Assembly: GCA_965279525.1 (NCBI GenBank) | Contig: CBDIIB010000004.1 | Span: 1,280,001-1,344,000 of the forward strand | Direction of reading: 5' to 3' | Length of the DNA stretch: 64,000 nucleotides | Origin: Tagaea sp. | Lineage (GTDB): Bacteria > Pseudomonadota > Alphaproteobacteria > CACIAM-22H2 | Shown here: piece by piece, positions 40,257-49,715 of the stretch | Layout of the letters: each line of letters opens with the position of its first letter | How positions within the stretch are numbered: the first letter of the stretch is position 1 | The notes under the pieces: model-generated | Told to the model about the DNA's origin: nothing | What the model saw: only the letters and a program-made list of their open reading frames with translations | The model's database searches: none | Position numbers and translations under genes: made by a program

Positions 40257-41078
40257 CTATTGCTTGACCGACCCGGCCGCTAGGCCGGCTACCATATATT
40301 TCTGAAGCGGAAGAAACAGGAGCAGCGTCGGCAAGGTCGTGAGTGCCGACCCCGCCATGACGTTCCCCCAATCCGTGACGTTCTCGCCGAAATAGATGTA
40401 AAGGGCGAGCGGCACAGTCTTCATGTCCTCTTGTGTCAAGATCGCGACGGAGAAGAGATACTCCGACCAGCAGAGCAGGAAGGCATAGGTCGCGGTCGCG
40501 ACGATGCCGGGAAACATGATCGGGAAGATTATTCGCCAGACGACTTGGAAATAGCTCGCACCATCCATGATCGCGGCTTCATCGAGGCTGCGCGGCACCG
40601 AGCGTAGGTAGCCAACCAGTAGATAGACCGAGAATGGCACCGACACCGCGACGTAGACGAAAATCATGCTGATCCAGTTGTTCAGCATGCCTGTACGCGC
40701 GAACAGGATGAAAACGGGTGTCACGAGGATGATCCACGGGAAGGTCTGCCCGAGCAGGATGCCGCCGAACAGGACATCGCGCCCGCGGAAGCGCAACCGC
40801 GAGAACACGTAAGCCGCGTTGACCGACACGATCGTAGACAGCAGAACCGCCGAGACGCACAGGGTGACGCTGTTTGCAATGTTGCGCCCGAACCCGGCGC
40901 CGAAAAGCCGGATGTAATTTTGTAGCGTCCAATCCCAGCGGGCGGCCGAGAACATCGTCTCCGGCGTCTTCAGCGACGCGACAAACACCCAGAGCGTGGG
41001 ATAGACAAGAAACGAAAGCGCGGCGACCGTCAGCCCGACGATCCCGATCTCAGCGAGGATCCGGCGCCGCTGGATCAT
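40257..41078 (-). CDS. Carbohydrate ABC permease (MalG-like)
   Basis: LDEAAIMDGA, WSEY motifs. Confidence 0.92.
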   Translation of the reverse strand: MIQRRRILAEIGIVGLTVAALSFLVYPTLWVFVASLKTPETMFSAARWDWTLQNYIRLFGAGFGRNIANSVTLCVSAVLLSTIVSVNAAYVFSRLRFRGRDVLFGGILLGQTFPWIILVTPVFILFARTGMLNNWISMIFVYVAVSVPFSVYLLVGYLRSVPRSLDEAAIMDGASYFQVVWRIIFPIMFPGIVATATYAFLLCWSEYLFSVAILTQEDMKTVPLALYIYFGENVTDWGNVMAGSALTTLPTLLLFLPLQKYMVAGLAAGSVKQ

Positions 41079-41986
41079 CGGTTTGCGTCCTCGACGAGTT
41101 CGCGCGACGCGATTACGCGCAGGTAGATGAGCCCGAAGATCGTCATGATGGTTGCCATCACGACGCCGGCAGCAGCGCTGTAGCCCAATCGCCCGTCAAT
41201 GAACCCCTTGATATAGACCTCCGTCGCCATGACGTTGGTGTAGAGACCTGGCCCCGCGCCGGTGGTCAGCCAGACATAGATGAAATTATTGAATGTCCAG
41301 AAAGTCGACATCAGCACCATCACGATGATCGCCGGCTTGAGGTGCGGCAGGTAGATGTAGCGGAGGACCTGGATGCGGCTCGCGCCATCGATCTCGGCCG
41401 CTTCGATCAGCTCACTCGACAGCGACTGCAGGCTGGCGAGGAAGGTCAGCGTGACGAGTGGGAGCGTATTCCACGTGATGATCGTGATGATCGCCGGCCA
41501 GACCCAATGCGCATCGGACAGGAACGGAATCGGTTGGTCGACGACGCCAAGCCACATCAGCGCGTGGTTGATCGAGCCGACGCGCGGATCGAGCATCCAG
41601 CGCCAGACGATGATCGCCACGACCGGCGGCGTGGCCCACGGCACGATCAGCAGCAGGCGTGCGGGCGTCGTAAGGCGCAGGCGCTGAAGTGTCCGGCTAT
41701 TGAGCAGGAATGCGAGCGCGAGGCCCAGCAGGATACGCACGGTCACGCCAGTAAGGGTCAGCCATACGACAGTGTTGAACAGCACCCGCCGGAAGTCGGG
41801 GCTGGTCAGCAACTCGACATAATTCTCCGTCCCGATCCAGCTGCCGCCGCGGCGCAGCGTGAAGATGCCGAGATCAGTAAAGCTAGTCTCGAGATTGAAG
41901 ACCGTCGGATAGACGTAGAATGCCGCCAGGAAGAAGAACGCCGGGACGAGCGCAAAAGCGATGAACGCCCGTGGAACAGTAATCAT
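41075..41986 (-). CDS. Carbohydrate ABC permease (MalF-like)
   Basis: IVPWATP, EAAEIDGA, TGAGP motifs. Confidence 0.92.
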   Translation of the reverse strand: MITVPRAFIAFALVPAFFFLAAFYVYPTVFNLETSFTDLGIFTLRRGGSWIGTENYVELLTSPDFRRVLFNTVVWLTLTGVTVRILLGLALAFLLNSRTLQRLRLTTPARLLLIVPWATPPVVAIIVWRWMLDPRVGSINHALMWLGVVDQPIPFLSDAHWVWPAIITIITWNTLPLVTLTFLASLQSLSSELIEAAEIDGASRIQVLRYIYLPHLKPAIIVMVLMSTFWTFNNFIYVWLTTGAGPGLYTNVMATEVYIKGFIDGRLGYSAAAGVVMATIMTIFGLIYLRVIASRELVEDANR

Positions 41987-42016
41987 CGTTGATCGTCCTT
42001 CCGCCTCCGCGCCGCG

Positions 42017-43333
42017 TCAGCGCTGGTTCTTCGCCAGCTCGCGCGAAATCAGCTCGTGCAGCTCGCGCGCCGCGACCGCGCTCGACTTTTCGCCGATGAA
42101 AACCGAGCCGGCGGCCCGGCCAACCGCATTCCACATGAACGGGATCGGTACCGGGCCCGTCGCGTAAGCTCCCCAGCTCCGCGCGGTCGCGAGCTGCTTG
42201 GGATAGCCCAGAAGTTCTGGCCGCCAGTTGCGCTGCGATACGGCCGACCGCTGCGACGGCGTATAGTTCGAGATATGCTTGGTGAATGTCGGATCTGGCG
42301 TCACAAGGAAGCGGACCAACTTCCACGCCTGCTCGATGTTCTTGCAGTTCGGGTTGATGCCGAGCATCCGGCCACCGGCATGTGTGACCGACCCGTTCCG
42401 GCCACCGGGATGCGGAGCGGTCGCAAAGGGTGACTTCTTGCCTGGATTGCGCTGGTCCCACGTCGCAAGAATCTCGGATGAAACGGCATCCGGAGCGCTT
42501 GAGATCGCAATGTTGCCGTTGATTAACCCCTCCGCAATTTCGGGGGCACCCCACAGGCAGATCGACAGGTTGCTGCGTGGGTTGTGGCCTTCGTCGAGGT
42601 AGCTTTTGAAATAGTCGAGGGCTTCCTGCGCCTTCTCAGGCGTGACCCCCATGACGTACCGGCCATCGGCAGCCCTGTCGATCCAACCGGGACCATCCGA
42701 CCACAGATAGAAATTCGTGAAGAACCAGATCGACGGCGTAGCGCAACTGCCCGCAGGGAATCCCCAGCCCGCCTTGCCGGTCTTCTGGAAAATCGTCCGG
42801 CTCGCGTCGCGCAAGCCCGCCCATGTCGTCGGAAACTCGGCGATGCCAGCCTGCGCGAACAGTTCGGTGTTGTACATCATCGAGAACGTATCGGATGTGA
42901 ACGGCACGCCGTAAATCTTCCCGTCGGCGCCTTCGGCGAGATCGCGTGCGAAGAAATCGTCCCAGCCCTTTGCGCCGAGCGTGGCACCATCGCGCTTGAT
43001 CAGATCGTTGAGCGGGTAAAGCGCGCCGCCCGCACCGAACGGCCGGGGTTGAACGAGCGCGATCTGGAGGACGTCGGGGCCGCCGCCGGTCGCGGCTTCG
43101 CGCAGATACTGCGCCTGCATGTCTGCCCAACTGATGCGCTGCAGCGTCACCTTGATTGCGGGATTCTGCCGTTCGAACTCGTCAAGCGCCGCGCGCATCT
43201 GCGGCGCTTCAGGGTCATTGAAACGGAAACTGATCGATACCGGCGCTTGCGATCGGACGGCTGGCGCTCCAAGCACGCCTAGCGTCAGTGCGGCACCCGC
43301 TACGAACTTGCGCCTCGCGATCCTGGTTGCCAT
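42017..43333 (-). CDS. Carbohydrate ABC substrate-binding protein, Tat signal (paralog A)
   Basis: ARRKFV leader; YGVPFTSD, YNTELF..FPTTW. Confidence 0.92.
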   Translation of the reverse strand: MATRIARRKFVAGAALTLGVLGAPAVRSQAPVSISFRFNDPEAPQMRAALDEFERQNPAIKVTLQRISWADMQAQYLREAATGGGPDVLQIALVQPRPFGAGGALYPLNDLIKRDGATLGAKGWDDFFARDLAEGADGKIYGVPFTSDTFSMMYNTELFAQAGIAEFPTTWAGLRDASRTIFQKTGKAGWGFPAGSCATPSIWFFTNFYLWSDGPGWIDRAADGRYVMGVTPEKAQEALDYFKSYLDEGHNPRSNLSICLWGAPEIAEGLINGNIAISSAPDAVSSEILATWDQRNPGKKSPFATAPHPGGRNGSVTHAGGRMLGINPNCKNIEQAWKLVRFLVTPDPTFTKHISNYTPSQRSAVSQRNWRPELLGYPKQLATARSWGAYATGPVPIPFMWNAVGRAAGSVFIGEKSSAVAARELHELISRELAKNQR

Positions 43334-43374
43334 GTCGTCCTCCCGCCGGGTTTCAGTTTCTTGATATTTCCCTT

Positions 43375-43390
43375 ATGTTAGCGCATACAG
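43375..43390. promoter_or_regulatory. LacI-type operator ATGTTAGCGCATACAG
   Basis: 14/16 identical to the site at 49680; sits in the divergent SBP/sulfatase gap. Confidence 0.7.
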
Positions 43391-43451
43391 TTTCATACAC
43401 AAGAATTATGACCGTCCCCGCACGAAATCCGGGGATGTGGGGAATTTGCCG

Positions 43452-44843
43452 ATGAAACGCCGTCCGAACATCCTGTTGCTGATGCCTGACCAGCACCGGG
43501 GCGACTGGCTAGGCCTGTACGGCAAGCTGCCGGTCCGCACGCCGAACATTGACGCGCTCGCCCGGCGCGGCGTCTTGTTCGCGCAGGCGGTCTGCCCCTC
43601 GCCGCTGTGCGCGCCTTCGCGCGCGGCATTTGCGACCGGGCTCTCCTTCGATCGCTGCCCGGTGAAGCACAACAGCGAAGATCTCCCGGACGGTACTCGG
43701 ACGTTCTACGCAGACATCCTCCAAGCGGGCTATCACGTGACAACCTGCGGGAAACTGGATCTGCTCAAGATGTCAGGCAGCTGGGGGCCAGACGGGCGGC
43801 ACGGTAGCGGAGCGCACTCCAAGTTGGCGGCAATGGGCTTTTCGGCCGGCTGCGATAACGGCGGCAAGCACGACGCGGTCGTCGCCTTCCGGGACGGGCG
43901 CGCCGAGCCCTATACACACTACCTCTCAGGCAGGGGGCTCGCCGAGGTCCATGCCGACGACTACGCGCGCCGAGGGAAGGCCACGGGCGGAACCATCTCA
44001 GGTCATTCGGTGCACTATCTGGATACGGACCCGACCGCACTTCCCGACGACGCCTACTGCGACAACTGGATCGGACGGAACGGCATCGAGCTCATCCGGC
44101 AGGCGCCGTCCGACCGGCCGTGGTTCCTGCAAGTCAATTTCTGCGGCCCACACGAGCCGATGGATGTGACGGCGGAGATGAAGGAGCGTTGGCGCAGTGT
44201 CGAATTCCCTGTTCCCGAACAGAGCAGCGGCCTCGCCCCGTCGCATCATCAAGAGATACGACGGAACTACGCGGCAATGATCGAGAACATCGACCGGTGG
44301 GTCGGGACCTACGTCGAGTTCCTCGAGTCTCGCGGCCTGCTCGACGACACCATCATAATTTACACGAGCGATCACGGCGAGATGCTGGGCGAGCACGGGC
44401 TCTGGGAAAAGCATGTCCCATGGCAACCATCAGTGAATGTACCACTCGTCGTGGCTGGGCCCGGCTATTCTGGCGGCACCTGGGATGATCGAGGCGTTTC
44501 GCTGATTGACCTGACGGCGTCGATCCGGGCGTTTGCAGGCGTCCCCCCCTCAACCGGCGCCGACGGAACGCCGCTCGATCCTGGCAATCCGACGCCTCGG
44601 ATCGCACTTTCGGGCCTAGGTGGCTGGCGCATGGCGAGCGACGGGCGTTTCAAGCTCGTCGTCGGCTACGACAGCCACCATTCGCGCAAGCAAATGATGC
44701 AGACCCGGTTCGATCCGGGATCGACATTGGTGCAACTCTACGATCTTGCCGGAGACCCGGGCGAGACGAACGACATCGCTGCCGCCGAGCCGGCGCATGT
44801 TGCGCGTCTGATGTCGTGCATCGACGGCGCAACACGCCCCTAG
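43452..44843 (+). CDS. Sulfatase-family hydrolase
   Basis: PNILLLMPDQH, LCAPSRAA motif, GPHEP, TSDHGEMLG, DPGE; no signal peptide. Confidence 0.9.
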   Translation: MKRRPNILLLMPDQHRGDWLGLYGKLPVRTPNIDALARRGVLFAQAVCPSPLCAPSRAAFATGLSFDRCPVKHNSEDLPDGTRTFYADILQAGYHVTTCGKLDLLKMSGSWGPDGRHGSGAHSKLAAMGFSAGCDNGGKHDAVVAFRDGRAEPYTHYLSGRGLAEVHADDYARRGKATGGTISGHSVHYLDTDPTALPDDAYCDNWIGRNGIELIRQAPSDRPWFLQVNFCGPHEPMDVTAEMKERWRSVEFPVPEQSSGLAPSHHQEIRRNYAAMIENIDRWVGTYVEFLESRGLLDDTIIIYTSDHGEMLGEHGLWEKHVPWQPSVNVPLVVAGPGYSGGTWDDRGVSLIDLTASIRAFAGVPPSTGADGTPLDPGNPTPRIALSGLGGWRMASDGRFKLVVGYDSHHSRKQMMQTRFDPGSTLVQLYDLAGDPGETNDIAAAEPAHVARLMSCIDGATRP

Positions 44844-44855
44844 CCTCCCGAAGTC

Positions 44856-46172
44856 TCAGCGCTGGAGTCGAGCCAGCTCGCGCGCGATCGTGTCATGGAG
44901 TTCGCGGCCGGCCACTGCGCTCGTCTTCTCGCCGATGAAAACGGATCCGGCCGCGCGGCCCACCGCGTTCCACATGAACGGGATCGGCACGGGACCTGTC
45001 GCATACGGTCCCCAGCTACGGGAGTTCGCAAGCTGCTTGGGGTATCCGGCGAGCTCCGGCGCCCAGCTGCGGCTGTTGAGTGCGGCCCGCTGCGCCGGCG
45101 TGTAGTTCGTATAGTGGCGCGTGAAGGTCGGCTCGGGCGTCACAAGGAACTTGATCAGGCTCCATGCCTGCTCGACATTCTTGCAATTCGGGCTGATACC
45201 GAGCATGCGCCCGCCGAAATTGGTGACCGACCCGTTGCGTCCGCCTGGGAACGGCGCGGTCGCGAAGGGCGCCTTCTTGCCCGGGTTGCGCTGCTCCCAT
45301 TTCGACAAGATCTCCATCGCGACCGTATCGGGAATGCCGCAGATCGCGATGTTGCCGCCGAGCATGCCCTCGACAAGCTCGGGTGCGCCCCACAGGCAGA
45401 CCGACATGCTGCTGCGTGGATTGTGGCCCTCGACGAGGAAGGAATTGTAGTAGTCGAGAGCATCCTGCGCCTGCTGCGGCGAAACGCCGACGACGTACTT
45501 GCCGTCCGCGCCCTTGTCCATCCAGCCCGGGCCATTGGACCAGAAGAAGTAGTTCATGAAAAACCAGATCGTCGGGGTGGCACAGCTGCCCGCCGGGAAG
45601 CCCCAGCCGGCCTTGCCGGTCGTCCGGTGAACTGCACGGCTCGCGTCGCGCAGCCCCTCCCACGTCGTGGGGAACTCACGCACGCCCGACTGCGCGAGCA
45701 TCTCGGTGTTGTACATCATCGTGAACGTGTCAGTCGTCCACGGGATCGCGTAGGTCTTGCCGTCCGGGCCTTCGGCGAGATCGCGTGCGAAGAAGTCGTT
45801 CCATCCCTTGAGGCCAAGAGAGGCACCGTCGCGCCCGATCAGGTCGTCCAGCGGCCGCAACGCGCCACCGCCGCCGAACGAGCGGGGCTGGACGAAGGAG
45901 ATATGGGCGACGTCGGGCGCGGTGCCTGTCGCCGCCTCGCGCAGATACTGCTGCTGCATGTCGGCCCAGCTGATGCGCTGCATGTTCACTTTGATTGCCG
46001 GATTCGAACGCTCGAATACGTCAAGGGCAGCACGCATCTGTGGCGCTTCGGGATCGTTGAAGCGGAAGCTTATCGTGACCTGCGATTGCGACCGGACCGC
46101 CGGCGCGGCGAGCAGTCCGGCGGCAAGGACGCTGCCACCAACGAACTCTCTACGTGCGATTTTCCTAGTCAT
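44856..46172 (-). CDS. Carbohydrate ABC substrate-binding protein, Tat signal (paralog B)
   Basis: Re-started at MTRKIARREF after a GGGGAG RBS; 438 aa, collinear with 42017..43333. Confidence 0.92.
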   Translation of the reverse strand: MTRKIARREFVGGSVLAAGLLAAPAVRSQSQVTISFRFNDPEAPQMRAALDVFERSNPAIKVNMQRISWADMQQQYLREAATGTAPDVAHISFVQPRSFGGGGALRPLDDLIGRDGASLGLKGWNDFFARDLAEGPDGKTYAIPWTTDTFTMMYNTEMLAQSGVREFPTTWEGLRDASRAVHRTTGKAGWGFPAGSCATPTIWFFMNYFFWSNGPGWMDKGADGKYVVGVSPQQAQDALDYYNSFLVEGHNPRSSMSVCLWGAPELVEGMLGGNIAICGIPDTVAMEILSKWEQRNPGKKAPFATAPFPGGRNGSVTNFGGRMLGISPNCKNVEQAWSLIKFLVTPEPTFTRHYTNYTPAQRAALNSRSWAPELAGYPKQLANSRSWGPYATGPVPIPFMWNAVGRAAGSVFIGEKTSAVAGRELHDTIARELARLQR

Positions 46173-46212
46173 CTTGATCTCCCCTTGGGTTTCTCTTTGC
46201 GGATGGATCCGC

Positions 46213-47238
46213 TTATGTACTTGACGGCAATGGTGCCAGAGGATCGACGAGACCGTCTGCCGACAGATCTTGCCAGAACGCAGGCGGAATCCGTGCCGAA
46301 CATGCGGCCAAGGCAATTCCGACTTCTTCCGGTGACCGGTAGCCGGCAGCGACGCTCGCGACCGCCGGGTGGGCAAGCGGGAACTGCGTCGCGGCCGCCT
46401 GAAGCGAGATGCCGTGCCGGGCGCAGTGCACTTCGATCCGGCGGACCCGATCGAGAATTTCGGGAGGTGCATCCGCATACCAGTATTTGGCGCCTGGAAC
46501 CGCGCCGGTCGCGAGAATTCCAGAATTATACGGAGCAGCCAGAAGGATCGATATCTGCTTCGACGTGCAGATCGGCAAAAGCTTTGGCAATGCCGTGGTA
46601 TCCAGCAGCGTGTAGCGGCCGGCAAGCATGAAACAGTCGAAGTCTCCGTCGTTCGCGTACCGGATGAGCGTGTCGACATCGTTGATGCCCACGCCGATCG
46701 CGCCGATCGTACCGGCCGCGCGCAAATCGGACAGGGCGCGAAATGCGCCATCGATCGACTGGCGATAGGATTCTTCGAACCGGTCGCCGCGCCATTTGGC
46801 AGTAACGTCATGGATCAGCACGATATCGATGCGCGCCATGCCGAGCCGCTGGTAACTGTCCTCGATCGAACGCATCGCGCCGTCGTACGAGTAGTCGTAC
46901 TCGATATCGAAGGGCAGCGTCTTCGTGAATGGCCCGGGCGAGCGCCCGAGATCCGTCCGCGGCCTCAGGCGTCGCCCCACTTTCGTCGACAGGACGAAGC
47001 CATCGCGTGGATGGCTCCGCAGCGCTTCACCAAGGCGATGTTCCGACAGGCCATGTCCGTAGAACGGTGCCGTATCGAAATACGTGATCCCGGCGGCACG
47101 TGCCGCATCCACGGCCGCGCGCGTCGCCGAGTCCGGAACATCGGCAAGCAGGTTGCCGAATGGTGCGGCCCCGAACCCGAGTTGTGAAACCTCGATCGCG
47201 GTTCGACCGATCCGGCGACGGCCGGCGGGACTGGTCAT
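46213..47238 (-). CDS. Aldo/keto reductase (D-threo-aldose 1-dehydrogenase-like)
   Basis: FDTAPFYGHGLSEHRLG, LSTKVGR, LIHD, LAGRYTLLD. Confidence 0.88.
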   Translation of the reverse strand: MTSPAGRRRIGRTAIEVSQLGFGAAPFGNLLADVPDSATRAAVDAARAAGITYFDTAPFYGHGLSEHRLGEALRSHPRDGFVLSTKVGRRLRPRTDLGRSPGPFTKTLPFDIEYDYSYDGAMRSIEDSYQRLGMARIDIVLIHDVTAKWRGDRFEESYRQSIDGAFRALSDLRAAGTIGAIGVGINDVDTLIRYANDGDFDCFMLAGRYTLLDTTALPKLLPICTSKQISILLAAPYNSGILATGAVPGAKYWYADAPPEILDRVRRIEVHCARHGISLQAAATQFPLAHPAVASVAAGYRSPEEVGIALAACSARIPPAFWQDLSADGLVDPLAPLPSST

Positions 47239-47543
47239 CGTGCGCTTCCCTCTCGCTTGCGGGCGCGATTGCTCGCGATGTTGTGAACATGGACGTGCTG
47301 GCCCGCAGCGATATCGACCGAAGCCGATGCGATCGACTCGCCATACTTGTGGACATGCGCGCCCGCCGAAATGGGACGGCGTGCGATCTTGTGGCCAAGG
47401 GCGACCATGTCCGTCGCCATAACGGTTTCAAGAATACCGTCGACACGGATACGTACTGAGGTACCTGCAACGACATCACGTAACAGCACGGCCACGTCGT
47501 CGCGCGGGTCGATCACGATCGCATCCCAGCCCGAAACCGTCAT
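47235..47543 (-). CDS. SAF-domain small subunit of a UxaA/SuyA-type dehydratase or lyase
   Basis: Re-started at MTVSGW; DDVAVLLRD, GHKIA, KYGESIA, GQHVHVHN. Confidence 0.85.
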   Translation of the reverse strand: MTVSGWDAIVIDPRDDVAVLLRDVVAGTSVRIRVDGILETVMATDMVALGHKIARRPISAGAHVHKYGESIASASVDIAAGQHVHVHNIASNRARKREGSAR

Positions 47544-48436
47544 TTTGCCGTCCGGACCTGGATGCCTGCCTTGTCCTCGCGCATCTTCAGCAGGACACCG
47601 ACATCGTTCGCGCCCATGCCCCGGTCGATGCCGTCCTGGCAGGCCGCGAGCGTCGCCTTGCCGATGGGCGCATCGAGCCCCATCGCATCGATCATCTGGA
47701 GCGCGATCCGGCAATCCTTGTGGGCAAGGCGCAGCATGAAGCCCGGTGCAAAATCGCCTTTCAGTGGCCGGATGGGGAAGGCAACCGCAAGCTGGCTGTT
47801 CCAGGCCATCGTCTTCTGCATCACGGCGGTCATCGTCTCGAGCGTGAGGCCCGCCTTGATACCGGCAGCAAGGACCTCGGCATTGGCCGCGACGAGGGTC
47901 GTCGCGAGAAGGTTGTTTGTCGCCTTCATCGCATGGCCATTTCCAAGGCCGCCACACGTGAAGAAATCGGTTCCCATGCAGTCGAGGATCGGGCGAACCC
48001 GCGCCACAGCCGCAGGATCGCCGCCGACCATCAGCGTCAATGTTCCGGAAACGGCGTGCTCCGCCGTCTTTCCGACAGGACTGTCGACCATGTGGCAGCC
48101 CTTCGCGGCAAGTGCGGCTCCGATCTTGCGCGTCGTGCCGGGGGCGCTGGTGCTCATGTCGATCATCGTGCTGCCGGCTCTCAGGCCTTCGATCACGCCG
48201 CCGGGGCCAAGCGCGACACGCTCGACGTCCGGGGCATCTGGCAGCATCGTGATGACGACGTCGCTCGCTGCGGCGACGGCTGCGGGCGAAGATGCCGCCT
48301 TTGCACCCTGGGCCACCAATCGAGCAACAGCGCCGGCATCGACGTCGAAGACTGTCAGCGTGTTGCCCTTTTTGAGAACGTTCGCAGCCATCGGGCCGCC
48401 CATTATCCCCAATCCGATGAATCCCACTGCCGCCAT
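47540..48436 (-). CDS. NAD(P)-dependent beta-hydroxyacid dehydrogenase, YihU (sulfolactaldehyde reductase)-like
   Basis: Re-started at MAAVGFIGLG; DSPVGKTAEHAVSGTL parallels YihU DVPVGRTSANAITGTL (recalled); LAHKD. Confidence 0.85.
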   Translation of the reverse strand: MAAVGFIGLGIMGGPMAANVLKKGNTLTVFDVDAGAVARLVAQGAKAASSPAAVAAASDVVITMLPDAPDVERVALGPGGVIEGLRAGSTMIDMSTSAPGTTRKIGAALAAKGCHMVDSPVGKTAEHAVSGTLTLMVGGDPAAVARVRPILDCMGTDFFTCGGLGNGHAMKATNNLLATTLVAANAEVLAAGIKAGLTLETMTAVMQKTMAWNSQLAVAFPIRPLKGDFAPGFMLRLAHKDCRIALQMIDAMGLDAPIGKATLAACQDGIDRGMGANDVGVLLKMREDKAGIQVRTAK

Positions 48437-48446
48437 TTTTCCCTCC

Positions 48447-49619
48447 CTACATCGATCCGCCAGCGCGATAGAACGCCTCAGCGCCTTCACCGTGAACTTC
48501 GCCCCATGTCGAGGCGCCCGACGCGATTGCAAGTACGAGGTCGAACAGGCGCGCACCTGCCGAAGCGATATCTTCACGCCCTTCGAATACCGGGCTGGCG
48601 TCAAAATCGATCTGGTCGACCAAGCGCCCGGCCGTATCGGGCCGTCCGGTGATCTTGATCGTCGGCGCGATCGAGTTGCAGAAGCTGTTGCCGGCACCAG
48701 TCGTGAAAAGCATCAAGTTGGCACCGGAAGCCGCGAAGCCGGTCAGCGATTCAGGCGAGAAGCTGGGTCCGTCCATCAGATAAAGCCCCGACTCGGATGG
48801 CTCCTCGGCAACGGCGAGGACACCGCGTATCGGCCGGGTGCCGGTCTTGGCGATGGCGCCAAGCGACTTTTCCTCGATCGACGACAGACCACCGCGAATG
48901 TTCTCGGCACCGGGATTGTTCCCGGTCAGATCATGTCCGCCCGCCGCCACTTCAGCTTCGCGCCGCAGGACGACGGCAACGATGGCCGCCGCTGTCGTCG
49001 CGTCGACCGCGCGGCGCGACACGATATGCTCGGCGCCGAGCCATTCGACCGTCTCGCCCACGACCGCCGTTCCGCCCGCATCCACGACCCGATCGACACA
49101 GTTTCCCGCCACGGGATTGGCGACCAGGCCCGATGTAGCGTCGGAATGACCGCATTCCACGCCGAGGAAGAGTGACGAAGCAGCCTGTGGTGTCCGGACA
49201 AGGCGGGAGGCCGCGTGGACAAGTTCGGCAGCAATCCGGATGCCCTGCGCACTTGCTTCGACAGCATCCTCATGCGTGTCGTCGAGTGCCACGAAACGCA
49301 CCGGCTTGCCGGTTGACGCGACGGCGGCCACGACCTGATCGACCGATATCCGGTCCGCTCCGACCACCAGCACGGCAGCGATGTTCGGATTGCGACACAA
49401 TCCGACAAGTTGAGCGCGATGGAGTGTCCTGTCGGCGCCATAGTGGCCGCGACCATAAGGGGTCGCGACGAGTAGCGTGCCTGGAACGGCGCTGGCAATC
49501 CGCTCGGCCACGCGGGTCACGAGGCCGAGGATGGAAACGACAAGAACGCGATTGCGAGTTCCCGCACGACCATCGGAACGCAGATATCCCATGAATGTCG
49601 GTCGACCGCCGGCTGGCAA
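48447..49619 (-). CDS. UxaA/SuyB-family dehydratase or lyase, large subunit
   Basis: GYLRSDGRAGTRN, ECGHSDATSG..ANP, GN..GGLSSIEEKSLG, FTTG. Confidence 0.88.
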   Translation of the reverse strand: MPAGGRPTFMGYLRSDGRAGTRNRVLVVSILGLVTRVAERIASAVPGTLLVATPYGRGHYGADRTLHRAQLVGLCRNPNIAAVLVVGADRISVDQVVAAVASTGKPVRFVALDDTHEDAVEASAQGIRIAAELVHAASRLVRTPQAASSLFLGVECGHSDATSGLVANPVAGNCVDRVVDAGGTAVVGETVEWLGAEHIVSRRAVDATTAAAIVAVVLRREAEVAAGGHDLTGNNPGAENIRGGLSSIEEKSLGAIAKTGTRPIRGVLAVAEEPSESGLYLMDGPSFSPESLTGFAASGANLMLFTTGAGNSFCNSIAPTIKITGRPDTAGRLVDQIDFDASPVFEGREDIASAGARLFDLVLAIASGASTWGEVHGEGAEAFYRAGGSM

Positions 49620-49679
49620 GGCTTTCCCCCGATGCGGGACGGTCCGATGGCCGTCCGCGTTGCATCTTGAATTTGACCG

Positions 49680-49695
49680 ATGTTAACGCATACAT
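49680..49695. promoter_or_regulatory. LacI-type operator ATGTTAACGCATACAT
   Basis: Imperfect palindrome between the divergent UxaA-like gene and the LacI gene. Confidence 0.7.
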
Positions 49696-49715
49696 TTGCA
49701 TGAGCAACAAGAATA

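Noticed and set aside
4131-46172. Six binding proteins with Tat leaders
   Set aside because: Common for alphaproteobacterial solute-binding proteins; not unusual
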